Source of the DNA: the human T2T-CHM13v2.0 reference genome, Homo sapiens
Assembly: GCF_009914755.1 (NCBI RefSeq)
Contig: NC_060931.1
Length of the DNA: 64,000 bases
Direction: 5' to 3' (one strand)
Numbering within the stretch: the first letter of the stretch is position 1; each line of letters opens with the position of its first letter. Below, one piece after another: positions 43,256 to 55,260 of this stretch. Position numbers and translations under genes: made by a program. A model generated the notes under the pieces. The model was not told the origin of the DNA. It made no database searches and saw only the letters and a list, made by a program, of their open reading frames with translations.

Positions 43256-44509
43256 CTTGAAAAGCCTTTCAAAAACTCTATTTTGTTTTCATTTCCTTGT
43301 CCACCATATTTTTAATGGTAATTATAGCAAAGCCAATAACCAGAGCTGTTTACAAACTGCCATGTGGTAATGTTATGGAGTTGAGAAAGGTTTAAAATTG
43401 TGGTGTTCAATTAGATTAAAAACTTTTTAGCAAACAATCCAAACATAAAAACTTTGTTCAGTTTTTATGGGAATATAAAGGGAGTCTTTGAAGCAGCGTT
43501 CAACAATGTAAGGACAAATCCCCTCACTTATCTCTATGACATAGCCTTATGTCATTCAGGAGTAAACTTCCTCTTGTCTGAATTACTAAAATTCTGATAT
43601 AATTCACCATTTTTGTACATCTTATATATTTCTGATATTATAGTTAAGTCTGAAAAAAATCATGAAGGACATGGGTATATCTTACATTCCTTCATATTCC
43701 CTGTATATTGTATAAAAGAGCACTATGTATAGTAAATACTCAAACATCAGCTGCGTTAATGTATCCTCCACCATGGTGGACTAAGGAGACATCAATTTCC
43801 AATACATAAATTTAAATGAGCTTATGCTGCCTGATATTGGGAAAGAGCATGATGATGTTGGCAGATGAGGTTTAAGTCTCTTTTTTGTTATTTACTAATT
43901 TTTTTTAACTCATAGCACCAACCTCTTGGAGCCTTCAGTAACTTAGTATTGTTCAGAAGAATCATATTTTTTCATCTGTAAAATGATGATAATATCAGCC
44001 CTACTTATTTCATAGGATAGCTCTATGGCTCAAATTATATATAATGCATGTGGAAGTGCTGCTATGCCATTTTAAGTGATTATGCTGGGGCAGGGTTGTG
44101 GGAATGGCTAGAGAGTCAGTAAATTCATCTACACTGAACTTAATTAATTCCTTCTATAATCCTGATCACTGAGAGAATAACAAACCATCCTTGTGGTAAT
44201 GGACATGAAAGGTCTTGGGCAATGCCATACGGGGTGCTTTTAACAAAACTAAGGAACACATCCATGATTTCTGGCTTTGAATCATGCACTAACTTCCATC
44301 AAAACAAAATAGAGTAAAAGGGCATCAAAATAGTGTTCACTTTATAATAATTGTGGGTGTCTATAAAGAAAGATTTTTACAGTACTTTCATTTTTGCATA
44401 TGAAATTATCTTTTAATGTTGCTAACCTCCACGTAGACACTCTTAATTACTGCTATTCACTTCATGCATTTCAAAGAAGAAAAGCTTTCTTATTACTCAC
44501 TTTACATAC

Positions 44510-45470
44510 TTAAAAATCACAACAATGTTGGAAGACAATTTCTGCAAACCAAACTTAAAAGCTAAGATTTCAATTTTCTAGAAGAAAGCGAATAAATAAA
44601 TCTTTATGACCTTGGAATAGAAATAGATTTCTTAGCAGGACAGTAAAAAGTGACAAATTATGTTTCATAAAGTTAAACATTTTGATCATCAAATGAAAAA
44701 GCAAGCCAAAGGATACAGAAATATTAACAATATGTGTATCTGAGAAAAAAATGTACATTTAGAATATACGAAGAATACTTACAACTCAGTATTAAAAAGA
44801 TAGCATAAAATGATTAAGAGGCGTGGACACTTTATAAAAGAAGATATATAAATGACTAATAGGCACATGAAAATTTATTATTATCAGTGAAATGCAAACT
44901 AAAAACAAAATGAGATACGTATTAGAATAGGTAAATTAAAAAGACCTAGAATACCAAATGTTGGTGGTGATATGAAGCAACTGGACTCTCATAAGTTGCT
45001 TTGGGAAACAGTTTGACAGTTTCTTGTAGTTACCCGATGCCCCAGTAATCCAAACTGATTACACTAGAAAAATAAATACATAGATCTACACAAAGATCTT
45101 CACAAGAATATTTGTAACATCTTCAATTTTATTAGCCAAAATCTGGAACCAACTCAAATATCCATGAACAGGTGAGTGGATAAACACATTGTGATACAGT
45201 CATATGATGGAATACTTCTCAGCAATAAAAAGAATTAATGATTTGTGTAAAAACTTGGATAGACACTTATGATTTATGTAAAATTATGATTTATGTAGAC
45301 ATAATGATTTATGTAAAAAGTGCACAGACATTATGCTGAACGCAAATCTACCACTGTCGTGGTAAAAAAAAAATCAGACCAGTGATTCTGCTGGAGAATC
45401 AGGAAAATGGGAAGAGGAAAGAGTGAAATTTCTGGAATGGTGGAAATATTATGCATTGTTCTATACCCAT
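44510..45470 (+). mobile_element. Old L1M (L1MC/MD/ME-like) 3' fragment
   Basis: ataccaaatgttggtggtgatatgaagcaactggactctcata...agccaaaatctggaaccaactcaaatatcca; short tandem atgatttatgta x3 at 45268-45319. Confidence 0.75.
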
Positions 45471-46076
45471 ATTATTAATAATTCCCTAAAGGCTGGATTT
45501 TAGAGTCAGTTCCAAATTTGCGATAATTGCAGTATATACAATGAAAACAACCTATGCACAATACTGATAAAATGTATCTACACTTTGATTAGGAAAATCT
45601 TTGTGGTCCTTGCTAAATTACAATATTCAATAGAAGATCTTCATACCATTTGAAAACACAATTTTTTCAAGGTCAATTTTATGTAGCTGATACTATTTCA
45701 AAGCTATAGCCAAAGTCTTGTTTATCTGATGAAGTTACAAGACTCTTTACAATTTGAACCATATAATCAAATTGTCCCTTGGTATTCAAGAGGTACTCTT
45801 CTTCACCCTTGATCAGTTGTCACCTTAATTAGTTTAAAGGTTATACTAGTATATTAATGTAGATAAATTTGATCTTAGAAAAATATACAATTTCATGGAT
45901 TAGAAAATAACTATTCAATGATATGGTAAAATATATATATTTTATAATTATTAAATATCAAAATATTTTTCTAAATTGATTATGTGATTGCTTCAAGAGG
46001 AACTCATGTTACATTTTCTTGTAATGGAGTTGAAGTTCTTGACTATTTTTTTCCCTTAAATATAATTAAATATTTT

Positions 46077-46356
46077 GGCTGATTGCAGCGGCTCATGCTG
46101 TAATCCCAGCACTTTGAGAGGCTGAGGCAGATGGATTACTCGAGGCCAGGAGTTTGAGACCAGCCTGGCCAACATAGTGAAACCCCGTCTCTACTAAAAA
46201 TAAAAAAATTAGCCAGGCATGGTGGTGCATGCCTGTAATCCCAGCTACTAGGGAGGCTGAGGCACAAAAATTGCTTGAATCCCGGGAGGCAGAGGTTTCA
46301 GTGGGCCGAGATTACACAACTGCACTCCAGCCTGGGTGGCAGAGTGAGACTCTCTC
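46077..46356 (+). mobile_element. Alu (Sz6/Jb-like) lacking an A tail
   Basis: Full dimer body followed directly by a pyrimidine tract and (GT)n; approximate TSD at 46060-46076 and 46411-46427. Confidence 0.92.
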
Positions 46357-46363
46357 CTCTTTC

Positions 46364-46372
46364 TGTGTATGT

Positions 46373-46408
<36 letters not shown>

Positions 46409-46412
46409 ATAT
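46364..46412. repeat. (GT)n microsatellite
   Basis: Directly visible. Confidence 0.95.
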
Positions 46413-47580
46413 AAAATTAAATTTTCTGTTTTTTCAAGGAAGTCCATCGATATAGAAACCCTATGATTTTGGAAGAATATATGGTTGCTTGTGAATACAA
46501 CAGCTTATATACATGCATATTTATATCACCATCACTGCATATATACACGTGTGTACACACAAATACAAACATATATGTACACCGCAGAAGTATACAAACA
46601 ACAGAGGTTTTATGTTTAATTTTAGTTATTTAGATCAAGAAGATGGTCCTATTGAATGCACAGTTCACTTATTTTTATAAAAATAAACCTACAGTCTAAC
46701 ATGTCAAAAATGGAGTTGTAAGCTACATTCTACCTCAGTATAACTGAACAAAATTTTTATGATGTAGAAGAAGCCTTAGAGAGAGATCTCTAGTTGCTGG
46801 TAAATTTCCCAATAGCTAGGGCAAGAGTTGGCAAAGAAAAAGAGCAGTTGTTGTAATTAATGGGACAGAGTTGATGCTGTAGTTGGCTTGAAATGTAATA
46901 CGGAGACAGCTAGGCTTAGCTTTGAAAAATTGTACGGAAGAGATGCTTTGATATTGGTGATAGTTCACTCAGATAATTCAACAAGATTTAATCAATTTAG
47001 TTCCCAAGTGACAAGAAACTGATGAGGTAGAGTGACATGTAAATCACATAGCAGAGGGGAAGAAATTGAGGTCCAGTTTTTATGTTTCTAGAATTATGTT
47101 ATTTGAATGGCTATTTCTCATGGATAACCCAAAAATCAGCAGCTTGGAAAAATTTGAGCCCCAAAGTCACAACCCACTGTGGAAGAAATAGCTTGAATAT
47201 GACTCTCTTCAATCACTAGTCTAAGCATTGTCGATGATTAAGAGCTTTATCTCCCCTTCAAGCAAGAGAAAAAGAACATGACAAGTTGGAAGAATGTAGC
47301 AAGATGTCAGTTGCCATTCTGAATGCTCTGGTTTGGGTTATGACTGGTCATTAATTTTGTTGTTGCCTGAAGATACATCTGCTAAAGTGTTATTTTCAGA
47401 AAATCACTGTTCTCATCTCCAATTCTTTATTCCCCAGGGCAATTTAAGTATTTTTAAAGAATATATTTGTACCAAGAAGAGAGAAAAAAGCAACCATAGA
47501 ATAGGGTCGTTGTTTCAGTTTGGGGGACCAGAGCTTCCCTAAGTGGATGGAGGTGTTTAAAGGACTCTGCACATTTCCAA

Positions 47581-47741
47581 TTATCACGCTGCTGATAAAG
47601 ACATACCTGAGATTGGGCAATTTACAAAAGAAAGAGGTTTAATTGTATTCACAGTTCCACGTGGCTGGGGAGGCCTCACAATCATGGTGGAGGGCAAAGA
47701 GGAGCAAGTCACATCTTACGTGGATGGTGGCAGGCAATGAA
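47581..47741 (-). mobile_element. THE1A LTR internal fragment with no termini
   Basis: Reverse complement aligns gap-free to 51605-51765. Confidence 0.9.
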
Positions 47742-49143
47742 ACAGGCTTGGGGCTGATGGCTGGCTGCTTTCTTAGTGCCGCTAGAGCTTTCCACCCCTC
47801 CTCCCCAGATCCTAAAATGTCGATGAGAGCTGTTTGCTTTTTCCAGAGTAACTGAGCTGGGCAGTAGTTCAGACCTAAAAAGAATTTTTTAAGAAAGCTA
47901 GATGTCCTGGTCCCTGAGTTTTCCTCAGAAAGTTCTGTTGTCTCCAAAGGCTCCTAGAGGCCACGACTTCTATTAAATTTCCTGCTCTACCTCATTGGGC
48001 AGAAATTGCTAATAAAAACATGCTAGAATATTATTTTCAGCCCGTTTAAGGCCAGCATTTACCTTGGTCTAATAAACTGCATTTTAAAAAATCCACGGTC
48101 ATTTCAGACAAAAATGAAGTAAGAAAGGAAAGGTAGTAATTGAACTCCATTTCTGAGCCTCTAGTCAAAATAATTTTATAATTTAGGATATTCATTCATA
48201 TTTTAAGTTGTTTTGAGAGGAGAACATATTGTATTATACCTAAACTTGTGTAATATTGGAAGGCCACTTGTTAGCAGTATAGAATAAGCTCTTAATAACT
48301 TTAAAAAGTGAAACTTATGCTAAAGAAATTCTGAAATTAGAAGCTTTAACCTCCTGCTTGACAAGACTTATTTCATGTCTGAATTGCTTATCTCACTTAG
48401 AATTCTGACTCCAGGCAGAGAGGAGTCTATCTCGGATTCTGCACCTTCTCCATCAGTGAGCCCTCTGTCAGCACTGTATAAATAATTAATTATTGTTAAT
48501 AACCACCATCACCATCTTCTCTGTTTCTCTCCCCTGAATAATACAGCCGGCACTTTTCTGATAAACTTCAGGGAGCAGGTTTATTATTTGGTTTCTGTGA
48601 TAAATAGGAAGTGGCAAGCATGCCCAGGGGCACAGAAAATTTCCAATAATAGTGACTAGGTGGAGTGGCTTCTGAGCCACACGAAATCAAGTCTATTTGA
48701 AACATTTTTCATTGATTTGAAAACTATAATTAGGCTATTTTGACTTACAGGATTTATGAAGTGGCAAAAATTTAAGTTCTGATTTTTAAACAGTCAGAAA
48801 ATATTTGTTGAGTTCTTCCTGCTTGTTAGGTACTTCAGGAAACCCACTTAAAAAGAATGTCCTCTTTTCCTTGCTATGCCTGCAATTAAGTTCATGCCAA
48901 GGAATGCGCTCTCTTCTCCCTTTTATGAACTTTCCCAAAGTGTAGCTACGGTCATCATTCCATCTTTTTGTTTGATAAAAACAAAGATTCTAAGCATTGC
49001 TAAATACAAAAAAAATGCTAATTATATTGATGTATCTGTTTTTCCTTCTATTTTTTCCAATTATATTTAGAATTTATAATTATTTGGAGAAAAGAGAATT
49101 AAATACCAAGAGTTAATAAGATATCCATTCTCTATTTGCCACC

Positions 49144-51420
49144 TGATATGGTCTGGCAGTGTCCCCACCCAAATCTCATCTTGAATTATGATTCCCATAA
49201 TCCCCATGTGTCATGAGAGGGACCCAGTGGAAGGTAACTGAATCATGGGAGCAGTTTCCCTCATGTTGTTATCATGATAGTGAGTGAACTCTCATGAGAT
49301 CTGATAGTTTTATAAGCATCTGGCATTTCCTCTGCTGGCACTCATTCTCTCCCCTGCCAACCTGTGAAGAGGTGCCTTCCACCATGATTGTAAGTTTCCT
49401 GAGGCCTCCCCAGTCATGTGGAACTATGAGTCAATTAAACCTCTTTTCTTTACAAATTGCCCAGTTTTGGGTATTTCTTCATAGCAGTGTGAGACGGACT
49501 CAAACAGTAAATTGGTACCACAGAGAGTGCGGTACTGCTATAAAGATACTTGAAAATGTGGGAGTGACTTCAGAACTGGGTAATAGGCAGAGACTGGAAC
49601 AGTTTGGAGGGCTCAGAAGAAGACAGGAAAAATGTTGGAAAGTTTGGAACTTCCTGGAGACTTATTGAATGGCTTTGACCAAAATGCTGATAATGATATG
49701 GACAATGAAGTCCAGACAGAGGTGGTCTCAGATGAAAATGAGGAACTTCTTGGGAACTGGAGTAAAGGTCACTCTTGCTATGCTTTAGCAAAGAGATTGG
49801 CAGCTTTTTGCCCCTGCCCTAGAGAGCTGTGGAACTTTGAACTTGAGAGAGCTGATTTAGGATATCTAGTTGAATAAATTTCTAAGCAACAAAGCATTGA
49901 AGAGGTGACAGAGTATAAAAGTTGGGAAAATTTGCAACCAGATGATGCAGTAGTAAAGAAAAACCCGTTTCGTTTTCTGGGGAGAAATTCAACTCCTCTG
50001 CAGGAATTTTCATAAATAATGAGGAGATAAATGTTAATAACCAGGACAATAGGGAAAATGTCTTCAGAGTATGTCAGAGACCTTCCTGGCAGCCCTTCCC
50101 ATAACATGTGCAGAGACCTAGAAGGGAAAAATGGTTCTGTGGGCAGGGCCCAGGGCCCTCCTGCTCTGTGCAGCCTAGGAAGTTTGTGACCTGTGTCCCA
50201 GCCATTCCAGCCATGTCTAAACAGGGTCAAAGTACAGCTCAGGCTGTGGCTTCAGAGGGTGCAATCCCCAAGCCTTGGAAGCTTCCACGTGGTGTTGAGA
50301 CTGGGGATGCCCAGAAGTCAAGAAATGAGGTTTGGGAACCTCTGCCTAGATTTCAGAGGATGTATGCAAATGCCTGGAGGTCTAGGCAGAAGTTTGCTGC
50401 AAGGGAGGAGCCCTCATGGAGAACTTCTGCTAAAGCAGCACAGAAGGGAAATGTGGGGTCAGAGCCCACACACAGAGTCACCACTGGGGCACTGCCTAGT
50501 GGATCTGTGAGAAGAGGGCCACCATCCTCCAGACTTCAGAATGGTAGACCAAGTAACAGCCTGCATTATGTGCCTGAAGAAGCTACAGACACTCAGTGAC
50601 AGCCCGTGAAAGCCCCTGGGATGGGGGTACTATATTCTGCAAAGTCACAGGGACAGAGCATCCCGAGACCATGGGAGCCCACCTCTTGCATCAGCATGAC
50701 CTGGATGTGAGACATGGAGTCCAAGGAGATCATTTTGGAACTTTAAGGTTTAATGACTGCCCTGTTGGATATCGGACTTGCATGGGGCTTGTAGCCCCTG
50801 TGTTTTGGCCAATTTCTCCCATTTGGAATGGGTGTATTGACCCAATTTCTGTACCCATATTGTATCTAGGAAGTAAGTAACTTGCTTTTGATTTTAAAGG
50901 CTCATAGGCAGAAGGAACTGGCCTTGTCTCAGATGAGACTTTGGACTTGGACTATTGAGTTAATGCTAAAGTGAGTTAAGACTTTGGGGGACTATTGGGA
51001 AGGCATGATTGTGTTTTGAAATGTGAGGACATGATATTTGGGAGGGAACAGGCATAGAATGATATGGCTTTGCTGTATCCCCACCCAAATCTCATCTTGA
51101 ATTGTAATTTCCATAATCCCCATGTGTGGTGTGAGGGACCCAGTGGGAGGTAATTCAATCATGGGGGCAGTATCCCTCATGCTGTTCTCATGATAGTGAG
51201 TTCTCACGAGATCTGATGGTTTTATAAGTGTCTGGCATTTCCCCTGCTGAAACTCATTCTCTCTCCTGTTTCCCTGTGAACAGGTGCCTTCCACCACGAT
51301 TGTATAAGTTTCCTGAAGCCTCCCCAGCCATGTGGAACTCTGAGTCAATTAAACCTCTTTTCTCTATAAATTACCCAGTCTCAGGTATTTTTCATAGCAG
51401 TGTGAGAACAGATTAAAATA
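49144..51420 (+). mobile_element. Full-length THE1D-type MaLR provirus (5' LTR 49144-49506, internal 49507-51059, 3' LTR 51060-51420)
   Basis: Two homologous LTRs; internal begins gtaaattggtacca and ends in a purine tract; TSD ccacc (49139-49143) vs ccaac (51782-51786, displaced by the THE1A insertion). Confidence 0.93.
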
Positions 51421-51421
51421 C

Positions 51422-51777
51422 CAATATGATTTGGCTCTGTGTCTGCACCCAAATCTCATCTTGAATTATAACTCCCTGAATTCCCACATGTCATTGCAGG
51501 AAGTTGGTGGGAGGTGATTGAATTATGGGGGTGGGTCGTTCCTATGCTGTTCTCATGATAGTAAATGAGTCTCACGAGATCTGATGGTTTTAAAAAAACA
51601 GGAGTTCTTTGCTTGCTGCCATCCACGTAAGATGTGACTTGCTCCTCTTTGCCTTCCACCATGATTGTGAGGCCTCCCCAGCCACGTGGAACTGTGAGTC
51701 CAATTAAACCACTTTCTTTTGTAAATTGCCCAATCTCAGGTATGTCTTTATCAGCAGTGTGAAAACAGACTAATACA
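51422..51777 (+). mobile_element. THE1A-type solo LTR
   Basis: gatgtgacttgctcct...ggtatgtctttatcagcag...taataca; TSD aatac at 51417-51421 and 51778-51782. Confidence 0.92.
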
Positions 51778-52826
51778 AATACCAACTCATCTAAAGAAGC
51801 TGTGGAAATATTTCAATTGTGTATATTTGCATGTGTGTGTGTCTGTATAGTCAGTATCTAATGAAATGAAAAACACCTGAAAATAATAAAAATGAATAGA
51901 AAATTTACTGACTATTAAACTGTGACAAAGCAGAAGAAGGTTCTTATCCACACACCTTAAATATCAAGAGGTGGTAAAAGGGATAGAGTCTGAGGATTCA
52001 GAAGAATCTCTTAGCCCCTCTTTTACCACCACCTTCTAGAAGCAGTACCGGTGAGTTGACAACATCCTGTAAATCCTTATGAATAGCTGACATTTTCAAA
52101 AAAATTGTCTGAGGATATTTTCTGTTTCCCCGTTTCAGATGAGGGAGAGCATAAACAGTTGGTGGGGAGGTGTAGATGAAGCATTCAGGGCTGAAGAACC
52201 GAGGCTTAAGACTATATAAAGAATTAGAAAGATTTGAACTCCAAGGGTAACTTAGACATTTCAGCTATCTCAGAGAGGACAGGGCCAAGCTCCATCAGCA
52301 AAAGGTGCACGTGCCTTCAGAAGAGACTTTCCCCACCATCGCTTCCCAGAACTATAGAACACGAGACTCCAATTATAGCCAGTGAGGCTATGAAAGAGAA
52401 TTTAAACATCCTATGTCAGAAGAAATGAAAACTTTAATAAAGGATCTCATATTAAGTATGATCAAGATGAAAACAACTAGTATGATAATATGGAAATGAA
52501 ACAAAGCAAACATAAAATCAATGTGCAGGAGAAGAGTGTAGAATTTTCTGAATAAAAGGCAACCTAAGAACATGTTTCTAAAAAGCCCCATGAGACTATA
52601 AAATATTTTAATGAAAACATGAATTTAATAAAATACAAGATCAAATAAGAATATGAATCTAATACATCTTAAGATCAGAGACTAGATGATAAAACAACTA
52701 CACAGGATGAAAAGGAAAATAGCAGAGTCAAAGAAACAAATTGAGACCCCCAAATAACACCAACACAGAACAATAAATTAGCAATAGCAAGGGACAGAGG
52801 AGACAAGAAAGAATAAAACTGCATAC

Positions 52827-53330
52827 TGTGCTGGATGTTTTCCATTTGGCTGTAATGGCACTGTATCCCCAGTGGCCAACCAGAATAAGATAATACATCA
52901 AAGGTTTCTCATTCTGGGGCTTTTGGCTGTGTTTAGCTAAAGGGACGTACCTGCCAAAGACTGGAGCGGGGTAGGAGACTGAGGTCTGGGTAGTTTTCTC
53001 TTTGGCCAGCTCCTCACAGGATCAGAGGATGAGAGTGGGCTGGCTGCCAGCCTTCTCCAAACCATAGGCCCCCTCTACTGTGCATATTCGCTGTCTTTGT
53101 CCTCCTCTCCCTCTACCCCCATCGCCTTCTCTCTTTCTGTATTTCTCTTTGAGTTTCTGTAACCACTTCCTTGCTTCACCACTTCGCATCTGGGGAGGTA
53201 AGAACTCTTCTTCCCACAATTCCTGTCACTGCACATCCCTTGGGGTTTTCCTATGACCTTCCCACACATTTATTTCTTGAACTCTCCCCAAATTACCACA
53301 TTTGATTGTGCTGTTTCCTGACTGATAACA
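52827..53330 (+). mobile_element. LTR33 (ERVL) LTR
   Basis: tgtgctggatgttttccattt...gagactgaggtctgggta...catcccttggggttttcccta-like...aactctccccaaattacc...tgactgata. Confidence 0.75.
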
Positions 53331-53394
53331 CTGACAGAGAAGAAAGACGAGAAAAATGGAGTAAATAAAAGACAATGATATTGTAACAACAGAT

Positions 53395-53655
53395 ATGATA
53401 GCAGTTAAAAATAAGATTATTAAGCAATTTGTGCCAGGTACTTTTTAAGGGCTTTACATATATCTTCATCTGACACAATCAACACAACAATAGGAATTAT
53501 CATTTTTATTTCTCTAATAAAAAGATATTTTTAAAATTAGCTTTAAGAAGTTAAATTGCTCAGTGGTCACAGAAATAGGAAACGGAGAAGCTGGGGCTTG
53601 AAGCTGGCCAGCTTGGCTCTAGTGCCAGTACTCTTCATCGCTATATTCCATCACG
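53395..53655 (-). mobile_element. MIR SINE
   Basis: tgtgccaggtactttttaagggctttacatatat...ggtcacagaaatagga...gctggggcttgaa. Confidence 0.75.
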
Positions 53656-55121
53656 TTCCTTTTTAGGTGTGGAGGGTGGAGACAAACCTATAAATGATAA
53701 GTGATATTTCAGAATAACTCAGTGAATGAAACAGAAAAAGCATCAGTCAAAAGTGTAACAAAGGAGTGATCCCTAAAATTAACAGTTGACTCTATAGCTT
53801 AAAAAGGCACGTTTTGTTTCAGGAAACTGGATTCAGATCAATGGATGCCAAGAGTATTAGACCTTAAACGTAAGAATAATGTTTTTTTGTTTTTTGGTTT
53901 TTGTTTTTTTTTGCAGATTTTTTCTTTCTGCTAGAAGGCCTTTTAGGAAATAATATCTCCTGCAGTGAAGAAACTTTTATGTACATTTCAGATTCTTTCA
54001 GGTTGACTTCCAGTTTTTTCCCCTTCTGTTTAATTCAGAAAGTAAAATGGTTGCCTTTTATTACAAAGTAGCATTTATAATATGATCAAAGTATTCTAAA
54101 ATTATTTATATCTATCTTTCTGTGTATCTTCTACATATATATGAATAAGAGAATTTCTGAATTTATGATTGTCCAATGTTAATGAAAGTTAAGTGCCAGT
54201 GGTGAATTTGTATACCTTACTTTTTTCTTTACAATGAACATGAATAATTCTTACAAGAATAACACTATTATTCCTAACATGAAAGAATATATAATACATA
54301 CATTTAAGAAACGTTTTTAGCTGCAAATAGCAAAATTTTCTCTTTGTAACACACACATTTAAGTCTTTGTCTCTGGCAGGATTAAAGGGATGTTCAAGGA
54401 ATGGGGTGATTTTATGTACATAGACTTGCTAACTCAGAGCTATTAAAGCAAGTATCTTTATAATTCTAGAAAATCAGGCTGCCTTTCAATCTTTGAAACT
54501 AATCTATTAAACTTAATTTTTCTTTTAAGTCTAAGAATCTTGTAGGAGTTAAAGAGTTGTCATTATGGGCTCAAATTCTCAACTATGATATACTCCATGT
54601 AGAATTATAAAGTATTGATCTACTTTTGTCCAGATTCCAGGTCATTCTTTAGTTTTAATAAAAGACAAAAGTCCTTGCTTTCTTTTTCTATATATCGATG
54701 TTTTCTTTTTAATTTTTAGCTGAATGCTGAAAAAGGCAAAATCCAAGATATGAACAAGATAGATTTTATTTCATTATTTTCCAATAGTGCATTTATTTAG
54801 TGGCCTTGTTAGGAATTATGCAATATGCAACTGATTTGCTACCTCTTACACAGAGAAGGATAATGGAAAAAATATTTTACTTCAATTGCTTAATATCAAA
54901 GCTGATCCCTGTGCTCACTGAAAAAAAAATGCAGAATGGAAGTTATCATTTTGTCCATTGACTCAATATTCTTATTTTTATGTTTATTCATTCACAAACT
55001 ATATATACATATATATGATAAAGGGATTTATTAAAAATTAATATTTATAAAGTTGAACGAGTCAAGTCAATTCAGTATTCTTGTATCTTATTCAAAACTA
55101 TTCAGATTGCAGTTCAGCCAG

Positions 55122-55260
55122 AATATTCATTCAATTAATAGATGTTGATTGAGCCTTCATCCTAAGCAGGCATACTGGGGGGATAGCGTTGAACAAGAGA
55201 ACACCCTTGCTACATGGCACTTACTTTGCAGCAGGATAGAAAGCCAAACTAACTACTTGT
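55122..55260 (-). mobile_element. L2 3' end
   Basis: tattcattcaattaatagatgttgattgagcc...aggcatactggggg. Confidence 0.6.

Noticed and set aside
49570-50880. Cluster of overlapping 73-163 aa ORFs
   Set aside because: All lie in the THE1 internal region and are fragments of the decayed MaLR ORF or its alternative frames.
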